DNA from: Chryseolinea sp.
Lineage (GTDB): Bacteria > Bacteroidota > Bacteroidia > Cytophagales > Cyclobacteriaceae
Assembly (NCBI GenBank): GCA_035316905.1
Contig: DATHIE010000043.1
Coordinates: 1 to 56,996, forward strand
Direction: 5' to 3'
DNA: 56,996 nt
Below, piece after piece: positions 1-10,400 of the stretch (the stretch's first letter is position 1; every line of letters starts with the position of its first letter). The position numbers and the translations under genes are program-made. The notes beneath the pieces were generated by a model, which was not told the DNA's origin, did not search any database, and saw only the letters and a program-made list of their open reading frames with translations.

Positions 1-178
1 TACGATCAAGTTGCCCGCCATTGCCAACATGGACTAACGCCTGTTAAGCCATAAGTTTTTTAAAGTTTGGCGGCTGTCTGTCGACTAATGCACCGTCGCA
101 TAAACAACTTACGATCTAATTACCTCGTCACTAAATTTTGCGCTGTACAACCTTTTTTTGCTATGGTGCACGAAGTAT

Positions 179-186
179 TATCTTTG
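179..186 (+). promoter_or_regulatory. Bacteroidota sigma-A -7 element (TATCTTTG) for glyS
   Basis: Exact TAnnTTTG match; TTTG (-33-like) ends at 160, 18 nt upstream; ATG follows at 194. Confidence 0.6.
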
Positions 187-193
187 CCGTTCT

Positions 194-1738
194 ATGGCGA
201 ATCAGGACGACAACTTTTTAAAGACCGTGATCTCCCACGCAAAGGAGTATGGATTTATCTTTCCTTCAAGTGAAATTTATGATGGACTTGCTGCTGTATA
301 TGACTATGGTCAGAATGGCGCGGAGCTGAAAAATAATATCAAGGAGTACTGGTGGAAGTTCATGACACTGCTTCACGAGAACATCGTTGGAATTGATGCC
401 GCCATTTTTATGCATCCCACCACATGGAAGGCATCCGGCCACGTGGATGCTTTCAGCGATCCGATGCTTGACAACAAGGATTCCAAAAAACGTTATCGCG
501 CGGATGTACTGATCGAGGATGCTATTGCCAAACTTGAGGACAAGATCGAAAAGGAAGTGGAGAAAGCGTCGAAACGGTTCGGCGAGTCATTCGATCGCGA
601 GAAGTTTATCACGACCAATGCGAGGACATCAGAATATCAGAAAAAGATTGATGAAACAAATGCTCGTCTGAAAGCTGCGATGGGTAGCGCCGATATGGCC
701 GCCATGAAACAGCTTATTATCGACCTTGAAATTGCTGACCCCGTGTCAGGAACGAAAAACTGGACCGATGTGCGCCAGTTCAATCTTATGTTCTCGACTG
801 AAATGGGTTCCCTTGCCGAAGACACAAATAAGATCTACTTGAGGCCCGAAACGGCACAAGGAATTTTTGTTAACTTCCTAAACGTTCAGAAGACCGGAAG
901 AATGAAACTTCCCTTCGGCATTGCCCAGATCGGCAAAGCATTCCGCAATGAAATCGTAGCCCGTCAATTCATTTTTCGCATGCGCGAGTTTGAACAAATG
1001 GAGATGCAATTCTTCATCAAGCCGGGTGAGGAAATGAAGTGGTACGAATTCTGGAAAGAAAAACGAATGAGGTGGCATCAGACATTGGGTCTTGGCGCCG
1101 AAAACTATCGCTTTCACGATCACCTGAATCTAGCGCATTACGCAAACGCAGCATGTGACATTCAGTTCAATTTCCCTATGGGATTCAAAGAACTCGAAGG
1201 AATTCACTCACGCACTGACTTTGACCTTAAGAACCACGAAAAATTTTCCGGGAAGAAACTTCAATACTTTGATTCAGGAGACAATCAAAGTTATATCCCT
1301 TACGTGGTCGAAACCTCCGTTGGATTGGACCGCATGTTCTTGTCGATCTTGTCAAAGACCTACACCGAGGAAAAACTGGAAGACGGAAGCGACAGGGTTG
1401 TGTTGAGAATTCCGGCGCCATTGGCACCAAACAAAATAGCTATACTTCCACTTATCAAGAAAGACGGCCTCCCGGAAAAAGCAATGGAGATAATGAACGA
1501 CTTGAAATTCGACCTCCGCTGCTTTTATGAAGACAAGGATGCCATTGGAAGGAGATATCGTCGCCAGGACGCTATCGGTACTCCATATTGTGTGACAGTT
1601 GACCATCAAACCCTCCAGGACAACACGGTTACTATTCGCGACCGTGATAGTATGAAGCAGAGACGAGTCAAGATCGAGGAGGTAAAAGGACAGATGATTG
1701 AAGCTTGCTCGATTAACAATCTGTTGAGAAAGATTTAA
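194..1738 (+). CDS. glyS: Glycine--tRNA ligase, alpha2 (eukaryote/archaea-like) type
   Basis: Motifs EIYDG..YDYG..G, LRPETAQG, GKAFRNE, FRMREFEQME, ETSVGLDR, IGRRYRRQDAIGTP; start moved to ATG 194 downstream of the promoter. Confidence 0.95.
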   Translation: MANQDDNFLKTVISHAKEYGFIFPSSEIYDGLAAVYDYGQNGAELKNNIKEYWWKFMTLLHENIVGIDAAIFMHPTTWKASGHVDAFSDPMLDNKDSKKRYRADVLIEDAIAKLEDKIEKEVEKASKRFGESFDREKFITTNARTSEYQKKIDETNARLKAAMGSADMAAMKQLIIDLEIADPVSGTKNWTDVRQFNLMFSTEMGSLAEDTNKIYLRPETAQGIFVNFLNVQKTGRMKLPFGIAQIGKAFRNEIVARQFIFRMREFEQMEMQFFIKPGEEMKWYEFWKEKRMRWHQTLGLGAENYRFHDHLNLAHYANAACDIQFNFPMGFKELEGIHSRTDFDLKNHEKFSGKKLQYFDSGDNQSYIPYVVETSVGLDRMFLSILSKTYTEEKLEDGSDRVVLRIPAPLAPNKIAILPLIKKDGLPEKAMEIMNDLKFDLRCFYEDKDAIGRRYRRQDAIGTPYCVTVDHQTLQDNTVTIRDRDSMKQRRVKIEEVKGQMIEACSINNLLRKI

Positions 1739-1741
1739 GGA

Positions 1742-2548
1742 ATGTTTGTATTTCTGGCCGCATCAGGCGTCGTTATTTTTTTCGTTTATCATTATTTTAA
1801 ATCCGAACTACGGGAAGGTTATTCCCAGGCAGGCCGGGCAGCGGCTCCTTTGAAAACCATGATGTTACCCGTTCCTCCAGCCTATCGCGGGATCCTTCAA
1901 AAATATTTTCCCTATTATCAAAGACTGAACGAATCCGATAAGAACAAATTCGAAAGAAAAGTTTGCAACTTCTTATACGGAAAACGGTTTATTCCCCGCG
2001 ACATCGACGAGGTGACTATCGAGGCCAAGGTGCCGATAGCAGCAACTGCGATCCAGATAACGTTTGGATTAACAGATGTATACCTTCGTCATTTCAATAA
2101 GATTCTTGTCTATCCCAACGAGTATTATTCAGTGCTATTCAGACGTTACCACAAAGGTGAAGTAAATCCGCGATTTGGTATTATCGTTTTATCGTGGCAG
2201 AGTTTTGTGGACGGCTTGATTTATCCACATGACGGGAAAAATCTCGGCCTGCATGAAATGGCCCACGCCCTGCGATTGGAAAATATGCTTCGCAGTCCCG
2301 ACTACCCGCTGTTTGACGAAGCCCTGTTTGAAGAATTCGATGAACATGCGCGTAGCGTATGCAGTCAGATTGAGAACTGGAGCGAAACCTTCTTCAGGCC
2401 ATATGCCTGCGCCAACGAGCATGAATTCTTTTCGGTATCGATAGAACATTTTTTTGAAAGACCCGAAGATCTGAAAAACGAAATGCCACGACTTTATGCG
2501 ATACTTGTAAAGCTCCTTAATCAGGATCCGCTTTTACTTCACTCCTGA
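1742..2548 (+). CDS. MtfA-like (M90) zinc-dependent peptidase with N-terminal membrane anchor
   Basis: HEMAH zincin motif in the context DGKNLGLHEMAH, ILVYP, YAC.NEHEFF.V..E.FFE.P, C-terminal NQDP. Confidence 0.85.
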   Translation: MFVFLAASGVVIFFVYHYFKSELREGYSQAGRAAAPLKTMMLPVPPAYRGILQKYFPYYQRLNESDKNKFERKVCNFLYGKRFIPRDIDEVTIEAKVPIAATAIQITFGLTDVYLRHFNKILVYPNEYYSVLFRRYHKGEVNPRFGIIVLSWQSFVDGLIYPHDGKNLGLHEMAHALRLENMLRSPDYPLFDEALFEEFDEHARSVCSQIENWSETFFRPYACANEHEFFSVSIEHFFERPEDLKNEMPRLYAILVKLLNQDPLLLHS

Positions 2549-2591
2549 GGTTCTTTAATAAGACCGCAAAATCATTTAATCTTGCACCTTG

Positions 2592-2690
2592 GGAATAGAG
2601 GTATAGGGTATAAGGTATAGGGGCTTCCCTATAAGTTTCTCCCAAAGCTCATAAGTTGTGCCTTATACCCTATACCATATACCATATACC
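2592..2690. repeat. Facing heptamer arrays (GGTATAR)n ... (NTATACC)n forming a long inverted repeat
   Basis: GGTATAGGGTATAAGG at 2600-2615 is the exact reverse complement of CCTTATACCCTATACC at 2661-2676, with extra heptamer copies on each side. Confidence 0.85.
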
Positions 2691-2700
2691 CTTATCCACC

Positions 2701-4026
2701 GTGAATTGGCATCGACTACTTTCACCTTTCCGAACGGGACAAAAAAACATCACCCAAAGCGATCAATCACGAAGTGCTTTCGAACAGGATTACGACCGTA
2801 TTATATTTTCACAACCGTTTAGAAGGCTCCAGGATAAAACGCAGGTTCATCCCCTACCTGAACACGATTTTGTTCATACGCGACTGACGCATAGCCTTGA
2901 AGTTTCCAGTGTAGGCCGTTCTCTTGGTAAACACGTTGGCGAAGTAATTATGAAACGGCATGGAGCATTGAAGGACGAATACTCTCTATTTGATTTTGGA
3001 GCTATCGTCGCTGCTGCATCCCTTGCTCATGATCTTGGCAATCCTCCGTTCGGACACGCTGGTGAAGATGCTATCTCCGATTTTTTCTCACATCACCCTC
3101 AGGGCCTGTCATTCAAGGACAAGGTGACTGAAGAGGAATGGACAGACCTTGTAAAGTTTGAAGGCAACGCGCAAGGCTTCCGCATTCTCAATAAAAATCA
3201 ATATGGTTTAAAGTTGACTTTTGCCACGTTGGGAGCGTTCACCAAGTATCCATGTCCCGCTCATTTTCCAACACGCGATCGGTCGCGTAGAAGTCAGAAG
3301 AAATTTGGATTCTTTCAGTCAGAGAAGGAGGCCTTCAAAGAAGTAGCACAACAACTTGATTTGAATCGTGTTACTGATTATGTGTCAGGCAGACATCCGT
3401 TGGCATTCCTTGTCGAAGCAGCTGACGACATTTGTTATAGCATCATTGACCTGGAAGATGGATGTAATCTCGGACTGGTTTCCTACGAACAGGCGAAATC
3501 ATTATTCGAAGGTGTAATCAATAAAAGTCGCTCAAAGCTGGGCAAGCTTGAACAACTCACAAATCAGCAGGAAAAGATCGGCTACTTGCGGGCGTTGGCG
3601 ATCGGTGATCTTATGGATGAATGTTCTTCATTATTCCTCGATCGTGAAGAAGCAATCCTCAATGGAACCTTCGACATGGCGCTGGCGGACTATTGCCCGT
3701 CGAAACAAGGATTGAAGGAGATCATCAAGATATCAGTCGAGAAAATTTACCGCGCACGACAGGTTGTAGAAATAGAAGCTGCAGGACATGAAGTGCTTCC
3801 AGGATTATTGGAAGAATTTACAACGGCAGGTTTTTACCTCATGAACAATACAGCGTCCAGGAAATTTCAAAACCTTCAGCAATTATTACCGGTCGATATA
3901 CGCATGGCAATCCAATTAAATCCAATGCCTTACAATATGCTTCGAAATGTTCTCGATTTTGTCTCAGGATTGACCGATAAGCATGCGTTGTCTTTGTATC
4001 GGAAAATCAAAGGAATCAGCATTTAA
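2701..4026 (+). CDS. dgt: Deoxyguanosinetriphosphate triphosphohydrolase (HD family dGTPase)
   Basis: RS.FEQDYDRI, FRRLQDKTQV, RLTHSLEV, AHDLGNPPFGHAGE, FEGNAQ, EAADDICY, SGLTD; GTG start at 2701 inferred. Confidence 0.92.
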   Translation: MNWHRLLSPFRTGQKNITQSDQSRSAFEQDYDRIIFSQPFRRLQDKTQVHPLPEHDFVHTRLTHSLEVSSVGRSLGKHVGEVIMKRHGALKDEYSLFDFGAIVAAASLAHDLGNPPFGHAGEDAISDFFSHHPQGLSFKDKVTEEEWTDLVKFEGNAQGFRILNKNQYGLKLTFATLGAFTKYPCPAHFPTRDRSRRSQKKFGFFQSEKEAFKEVAQQLDLNRVTDYVSGRHPLAFLVEAADDICYSIIDLEDGCNLGLVSYEQAKSLFEGVINKSRSKLGKLEQLTNQQEKIGYLRALAIGDLMDECSSLFLDREEAILNGTFDMALADYCPSKQGLKEIIKISVEKIYRARQVVEIEAAGHEVLPGLLEEFTTAGFYLMNNTASRKFQNLQQLLPVDIRMAIQLNPMPYNMLRNVLDFVSGLTDKHALSLYRKIKGISI

Positions 4027-4121
4027 ATTTGGTCTTCGGCCGGTCGAACCAATTATTTTTGGCGGATCAAAATAACGAGGGGACATATAAGACATTTCCT
4101 CCCCTTCCAAGCAAAAATTAT

Positions 4122-4129
4122 TAGCTTTG
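4122..4129 (+). promoter_or_regulatory. -7 promoter element (TAGCTTTG)
   Basis: TAnnTTTG match 43 nt upstream of ATG 4172. Confidence 0.5.
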
Positions 4130-4171
4130 AAGCCTGTTTCCCTTCAAAAAGGGAAACCAGACGCACCATTT

Positions 4172-6604
4172 ATGTGGAATAAACTCGCAGAAGGGATCAT
4201 CAAATACCGGCTTCCATTAAGTATTGTGATCGGCTTGATAACAATATTCATGGGATACTACGCCACCAAGGTAGAGATGAGCTACGAATTCGCTCGGTTA
4301 GTACCTCCGGATGATCCTGATATGATCTATCACGACAAATTCAAGGCGCAGTTTGGTGAGGATGCCAACCTCATCGCTGTTGGCATGCAGGATAGTGCTG
4401 TGTTTCAACTCGAAAATTTTAAAGCATTCCGGGAGTTGAACAAGGAGATTAAAAAAATTCACGGGGTCACCCAGGTGCTTTCATTGCCTGTCCTGAAGAT
4501 GATCCAAAAAGACACCGTTAAAGCTAAGTTCTATCTCACGGACATCTTTAATGATTCCATCCCTGCGCAGCCACAGTTGGATAGCCTACTTGGTGTGGCG
4601 ATGAATCAAAAAGTATACTCTGATCAACTGATCAACCATTCCAATGGCGCCACGATGATGCTGGTGTTTGTGAAAAAGGAAGTGATGGATTCGCCGCAGA
4701 GAATAGGCATGACACAATCGTTACTGGACGTCGGAAAAGTTTTTGAAGAAAAAACAAAAATTCAACTGCATTATGCGGGTTTGCCATTTATACGTACCGT
4801 AGTGGCTTCCGCATTGAAGAGGGAGATGAACATTTTCCTAATTGCATCTGCGCTGGTAACAGGTGTAATCATGTTCGTGTTTTTCCGCTCTTTCCGTGCG
4901 GTTCTTTTTTCAATGATCATCATCGGTATCCTGGTAGTATGGGTGTTGGGAACCCTTGTGCTTTTCGGTTTCAAGATCTCACTGTTGAGTTCGCTCATCC
5001 CGCCAGTGATCGTGACGATCGGAGTAACGAATGCAATTTACCTCCTCAACAAATATCATCTCGAATACTTCAAGACGAAAGACAAGATGGTAGCGATAAC
5101 AAAGGTGGTCCGGAAGATGGGTCTTGCCATGTTCCTTACTAACCTCACGGTGGCGATCAGCTTTCTTACATTATTAGCGACAGATATAACACTATTGCGT
5201 GAATTCGGGATCGTAGCCGGCGTTAACGTGCTTGCTTTGTTTTTCGTAAGCCTCATCATGATACCGAGTATCCTCTACTGGTTGCCGGTTCCAACAGAGA
5301 AGCACCTCAAACATTTGAACTTTCCGATCATGGGTGCCTTCTTGCGTATGGTTGATCTCACCGTTCACCGGCACCGCCCAATCATTTATCTGATATCCCT
5401 TGGCCTTGCGGTGTTTGCAGTATACGGTATGTCCCGACTTCGATCGATTTCCTACATGGTCGACGATGTTCCGGAACAAAGCCAGGTAAAGAAGGACATG
5501 AAGTTTTTCGAAACAAATTTTAGCGGAATTCTTCCTCTTGAGATCATGGTCGAATTCAAGAGCAAAAAGAAAAGACCAATTCTGGATGTAAAGAACCTTG
5601 CCAAGGTGGATGAATTTGAATCTTTCCTTGACTCTCTTCCGTCCATGTCGCGCCCATTGTCGGTGTTAAGTTTTGTCAAGGCATCGAAACAGGCATTTTA
5701 CAACGGCAATCCTTCAAGATATACTATTCCAACTCGCCAGGAAGGTGCGTTCATATTGAAATACATGAAAGGCCAGACTGACAGCAGCGGCCTTTACAAA
5801 TCGTTCGTCGACACTACCTTCAGCAAAATGCGGATCTCTTGTCAGATCGCAGATATCGGCTCAATCAGGCTGGACTCATTGGTTCACATAGCTATTGAAC
5901 CTCGGATGAAATCCATTTTTGCTTCAACGGAACGTGATTCGATAGCTACTACTATCACGGGCTCCTCCAAGATCTTTATAAAAGGAAACAAGTTCCTTAT
6001 AGCGAACCTACAAGAGAGCCTGCTACTCGCATTTGTGCTCATCACGCTTTCGATGGCTATACTTTTCGCCAATGTCAGGATGATCATAATTTCGCTTGTT
6101 CCAAACCTGCTGGCATTAATGATAACGGCCGGGCTAATGGGTTTCTTCGATATTCCATTAAAAGCCAGCACAGCGCTTATTTTCAGTATCACGTTTGGCA
6201 TCTCGGTTGACAACTCTATCCGTTTCCTTGCTAAGTATCGTCAGGAGATCCTTTCCAACAATTTCTTTATCCCTGTTGCGGTCAGTGATAGCATCATGGA
6301 AACAGGAAAGAGCATCATTTACACATCCATCGTGCTTTTCGCTGGTTTTATCATCTTCGCATTCTCGTCGTTCGGAGGAATTATTGCCCTTGGTTTGTTA
6401 ACGTCGATGACCCTTATCATATCCATGTTCACAAACGTCATACTACTGCCTGCTTTAATAATGACATTTGATAAACCAAAGAGGGGAAAAGGCGAACATC
6501 TTATCATCGACGACTTCGACTCCAGCTTTTATGGAGAGCATGAGGACGAAGAGATCGACCTTAGTAAGATAAAAATACACAACAAACATCCATCGGCCGA
6601 ATAA
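4172..6604 (+). CDS. MMPL/RND-family membrane transporter
   Basis: Two repeats of TM1 + periplasmic loop + 5 TM; motifs GISVDNSIRF and TGKSIIYTS; start moved to ATG 4172. Confidence 0.88.
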   Translation: MWNKLAEGIIKYRLPLSIVIGLITIFMGYYATKVEMSYEFARLVPPDDPDMIYHDKFKAQFGEDANLIAVGMQDSAVFQLENFKAFRELNKEIKKIHGVTQVLSLPVLKMIQKDTVKAKFYLTDIFNDSIPAQPQLDSLLGVAMNQKVYSDQLINHSNGATMMLVFVKKEVMDSPQRIGMTQSLLDVGKVFEEKTKIQLHYAGLPFIRTVVASALKREMNIFLIASALVTGVIMFVFFRSFRAVLFSMIIIGILVVWVLGTLVLFGFKISLLSSLIPPVIVTIGVTNAIYLLNKYHLEYFKTKDKMVAITKVVRKMGLAMFLTNLTVAISFLTLLATDITLLREFGIVAGVNVLALFFVSLIMIPSILYWLPVPTEKHLKHLNFPIMGAFLRMVDLTVHRHRPIIYLISLGLAVFAVYGMSRLRSISYMVDDVPEQSQVKKDMKFFETNFSGILPLEIMVEFKSKKKRPILDVKNLAKVDEFESFLDSLPSMSRPLSVLSFVKASKQAFYNGNPSRYTIPTRQEGAFILKYMKGQTDSSGLYKSFVDTTFSKMRISCQIADIGSIRLDSLVHIAIEPRMKSIFASTERDSIATTITGSSKIFIKGNKFLIANLQESLLLAFVLITLSMAILFANVRMIIISLVPNLLALMITAGLMGFFDIPLKASTALIFSITFGISVDNSIRFLAKYRQEILSNNFFIPVAVSDSIMETGKSIIYTSIVLFAGFIIFAFSSFGGIIALGLLTSMTLIISMFTNVILLPALIMTFDKPKRGKGEHLIIDDFDSSFYGEHEDEEIDLSKIKIHNKHPSAE

Positions 6605-6648
6605 GTTGTACTGTGTTTTATCGTTGTAAGTAAATCACAACAGTATCT

Positions 6649-7290
6649 ATGTTCGATTTCCTCAAACTGAAACTGCATCCTCAAAACGTTGTTGCTACAT
6701 TAGTGCTCTGCGGAGCATGTGTGCTCGATAATTCCAGCTCCGCACAATCCATCGGCGAAGGTTCAGCCTATCAAGGTGCCTATATCCTGAATGCCCCAGC
6801 GTATCAAAAGGGCGTATATAGAACTTTTGATGAGTTCAAGTATAACCGGCCATCCATCGTCGATCACTATGCTATTGGCAAAAAGGCGATATTAATAACA
6901 GAGGGCACCGGCAAGAGTAGAAAACTGAAAAAGCATGAGGTATGGGGTTACTGCGACGGCTCAAGAATATTTGTCAGGTGGCGAAAGTTTAACGAGCTGG
7001 TGGAAAAAGGAAGGTATTGTTACTTCAAAGAAACAGGGACAAGAATGACGTATGTTGTTTCTGGAATTCCTCTGATGATCATACCAGTGCCTACCCCTTA
7101 TAAAGATGAAGTGATCGTAAACTTTAATACAGGGACAAGCTACCGACTCACTAAAAAATTGATGAGAGAAATTCTGGAAGCCGATGATGCGGAGCTCCTG
7201 GAAATGTTCACAAAGGAGCGCGGCAAGGGAAAAAAGCTTTTCGACTATGTCGTAAAATATAACGATCGAAACACTGCCCGGATCAAGTAA
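6649..7290 (+). CDS. Hypothetical exported protein
   Basis: 213 aa ORF filling the intergenic space, N-terminal hydrophobic stretch ending SSAQ; GVYRTFDEF..N.P and WGYCDG segments resemble Bacteroidota hypothetical proteins. Confidence 0.65.
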   Translation: MFDFLKLKLHPQNVVATLVLCGACVLDNSSSAQSIGEGSAYQGAYILNAPAYQKGVYRTFDEFKYNRPSIVDHYAIGKKAILITEGTGKSRKLKKHEVWGYCDGSRIFVRWRKFNELVEKGRYCYFKETGTRMTYVVSGIPLMIIPVPTPYKDEVIVNFNTGTSYRLTKKLMREILEADDAELLEMFTKERGKGKKLFDYVVKYNDRNTARIK

Positions 7291-7428
7291 TCGGGACAAC
7301 TGCTTTTTATCAGAGTTAGGTTCGAAAAAGCCTCTATTGTTTTCGCCCTTTCGGGGGTATTCTCAATCCACACTTAAAATTTGGGCGATTCGGGCAAAAA
7401 ACCTGTCAGGTAAATCGCAAATAACAAA

Positions 7429-7436
7429 TATCTTTG
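7429..7436 (+). promoter_or_regulatory. -7 promoter element (TATCTTTG) for ileS-lspA
   Basis: TAnnTTTG match 35 nt upstream of the ileS ATG. Confidence 0.6.
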
Positions 7437-7470
7437 CGGCTTACGTAAAATCGTATCCTCAAATTCTGCA

Positions 7471-10400
7471 ATGGCGCCCAAGTATAAAGAGTATAAGAAC
7501 CTCAATTTTGCCCAAATCGCGGGGGAAATCCTTGATTTTTGGAAAAAAGAAAAGGTTTTTGAGAAGTCTGTGACGAACCGCGAAGGGGCTGCTTCCTTCA
7601 CCTTTTATGAAGGTCCACCCAGCGCAAACGGTACACCCGGAATCCACCACGTGATGGCCCGGACCGTCAAGGATATTTTCTGTCGTTTTAAGACGTTGCA
7701 GGGTTTTCAGGTAGAACGGAAAGGTGGTTGGGATACCCACGGACTTCCAGTTGAGCTACAGGTCGAAAAACAACTGGGCATCACGAAGGATGATATCGGA
7801 AAAAAGATCTCCATCGAGGATTACAATAAGAAGTGCCGTGAGACAGTGATGATGTATAAGGATCAGTGGGATGATCTAACCATGAAAATGGGCTTTTGGG
7901 TAGACCTTCAAAACCCTTACATCACTTACAAAAAAGAATACATTGAGTCACTGTGGTGGATATTAAAACAACTCTACGACAAGAAGCTCCTCTATAAAGG
8001 GTATACAATCCAACCATACTCTCCATCCGATGGAACAGGTCTGAGTTCGCATGAGCTCAATCAACCGGGATGTTACAAAGACGTCAAGGATACCTCTATC
8101 GTCGCGCAGTTCAAGGCTGTCAGGGATGCAAAATCAGACTTCCTCTTCTCAGACGTGACGGGCGATGTCTATATCCTGGCGTGGACGACCACACCATGGA
8201 CCTTGCCATCGAATACATCATTAGTCGTCGGAGAAAAGATACAGTACGCTCTAGTCAACACTTTCAATCCATATACCCATAAGCCAGTAAACGTAGTGCT
8301 GGCAAAAGATCTTGTGGGTAAATACTTCCCTGAAAAGAATAAGGATCTTAAACTCGAGGACTACAAAGCCGGAGACAAAGCAATACCCTTCCGGATTGCA
8401 AAGGAATTCCCGGGACAAGGTTTGGTAGGAGTCACTTACGAGCAACTGATGCCCTATGTGAAGCCGTTGTACGATACCGATAAAGCTTTTCATGTCGTTG
8501 CCGGCGATTTTGTGACGACTGAGGATGGAACTGGAATCGTTCACTCTTCCCCTACGTTCGGTGCGGATGACTTCCGGATCTCAAAACAATATGGAATACC
8601 TCCGTTGACAGTGATGGATGAAATGGGCAACGAAGTGCCTACTGTGGATAAGAAAGGGAAATTCGTTAACGAGGTAGGAGAAAAGCTAAAAGAAGGCGTA
8701 TCCAAATACGGGATCAAAACCCACAAGACCCTCAACGTCGATGATTTTTACGTTAAGAACTATACTGACGAAGATGAGACTAATCCGGACTATAAGACCA
8801 CGGATGTTATCATCTCCATCATTCTAAAGGAAGAAAACAAGGCCTTTAAGGTTGAGAAGTACGAACACACGTATCCTCACTCGTGGCGCACGGACAAACC
8901 GGTTCTCTACTATCCTCTGGACGCGTGGTTTATCAAGACCACTGCGCTAAAGGACAGAATGGTTGAATTGAACAAAACCATAAACTGGAAACCGGAATCA
9001 ACAGGCACAGGGCGATTTGGCAATTGGCTGGAGAATTTAGTGGATTGGAATCTATCACGATCCCGGTATTGGGGAACACCACTGCCGATTTGGAGAACTA
9101 AAGAGAGCAAAGAAGAAATTTGTATTGGTTCGCTTAAAGAACTTAATGAGGAAGTTGCAAAGTCAGTCAAGGCCGGTTTTATGAACGCAGCTCTTCCCGA
9201 TGATTTTGACTTGCATCGCCCATATGTTGATGACGTGGTCCTCGTGAGCAACTCAGGGCAACCAATGTACAGGGAGCCGGATCTTATCGATGTTTGGTTC
9301 GACTCAGGAGCGATGCCCTATGCGCAATGGCACTATCCTTTTGAAAACAAGGAGATCTTCAGTAAAAACTATCCCGCAGATTTCATCGCAGAAGGTGTTG
9401 ACCAGACCCGCGGTTGGTTCTTTACGCTGCACGCAATCGCGGTAATGCTATGCGACAGTGTTGCTTTTAAGAACGTTATATCAAACGGACTTGTGCTTGA
9501 CAAGAACGGTAACAAAATGTCGAAACGAAAGGGCAACGTGGTCAACCCTTTTGAAACGCTGGATCAGTACGGTGCCGACCTGGTTCGCTGGTACATGATC
9601 GAAAATGCTCCACCATGGGATAATTTGAAATTTGACTTTGATGGGATCGTAGAAGTTCAGCGAAGGTTCTTTGGAACCCTGCAGAATACATACTCTTTCT
9701 TTGCGCTATACGCAAATATTGATGGCTTCCACAAGGATGAAATGAACACAGTTCCTCGTTCGCAACTAAGCGATCTCGACCGTTGGATTATTTCAAAACT
9801 TCAATCGTTAATACTTGAAGTTACACAGGCTTATGAAGAATACGAACCAACCCGGGCAGCACGCGCTATTCAGGATTTCGTCAACGATCACCTCTCTAAT
9901 TGGTATGTGCGTCTCAACCGTAAGCGATTCTGGAAAGGGGAAATGTCGGCAGACAAAAAAGCGGCATACGAAACACTTTATGAATGTCTGATGGTGACGG
10001 CTCAACTAATGTCTCCAATAGCTCCTTTCTACGCAGAGTGGCTTTATAAAAATCTTTCAGACAACATCCGTGATAAGGCGGTTACCAATAAGACACCATT
10101 GCGTCACAATTCCTTGCATCTGACGGACCTTACGAAAGCGGATAAAAATCTGATAGCTCCTGAATTGGAATTATCTATGGATTATGCCCAGCGCATTTGT
10201 TCATTGGTGCATTCCTTGCGGAAAAACAGCAAGATCAAAGTACGCACTCCTTTGCAGAAAATTCTTCTTCCGGTGTTGGATGAGTCATTTGCCAAACGTG
10301 TTAAGTCAGTTGAGGAGATCATCCTTGCCGAAGTAAACGTAAAAGCTATTCAATATATCGACGATGCGTCAGGCGTTTTGGTAAAGAAAGTAAAGCCGAA

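Noticed and set aside
1-150. Possible 5' end of a minus-strand gene at the window start (ATG at 30)
   Set aside because: Only 10 codons visible; cannot be supported
2701-4026. dGTPase as an anti-phage defence gene
   Set aside because: Housekeeping context next to glyS with no defence-island neighbours; a defence role cannot be supported from sequence alone
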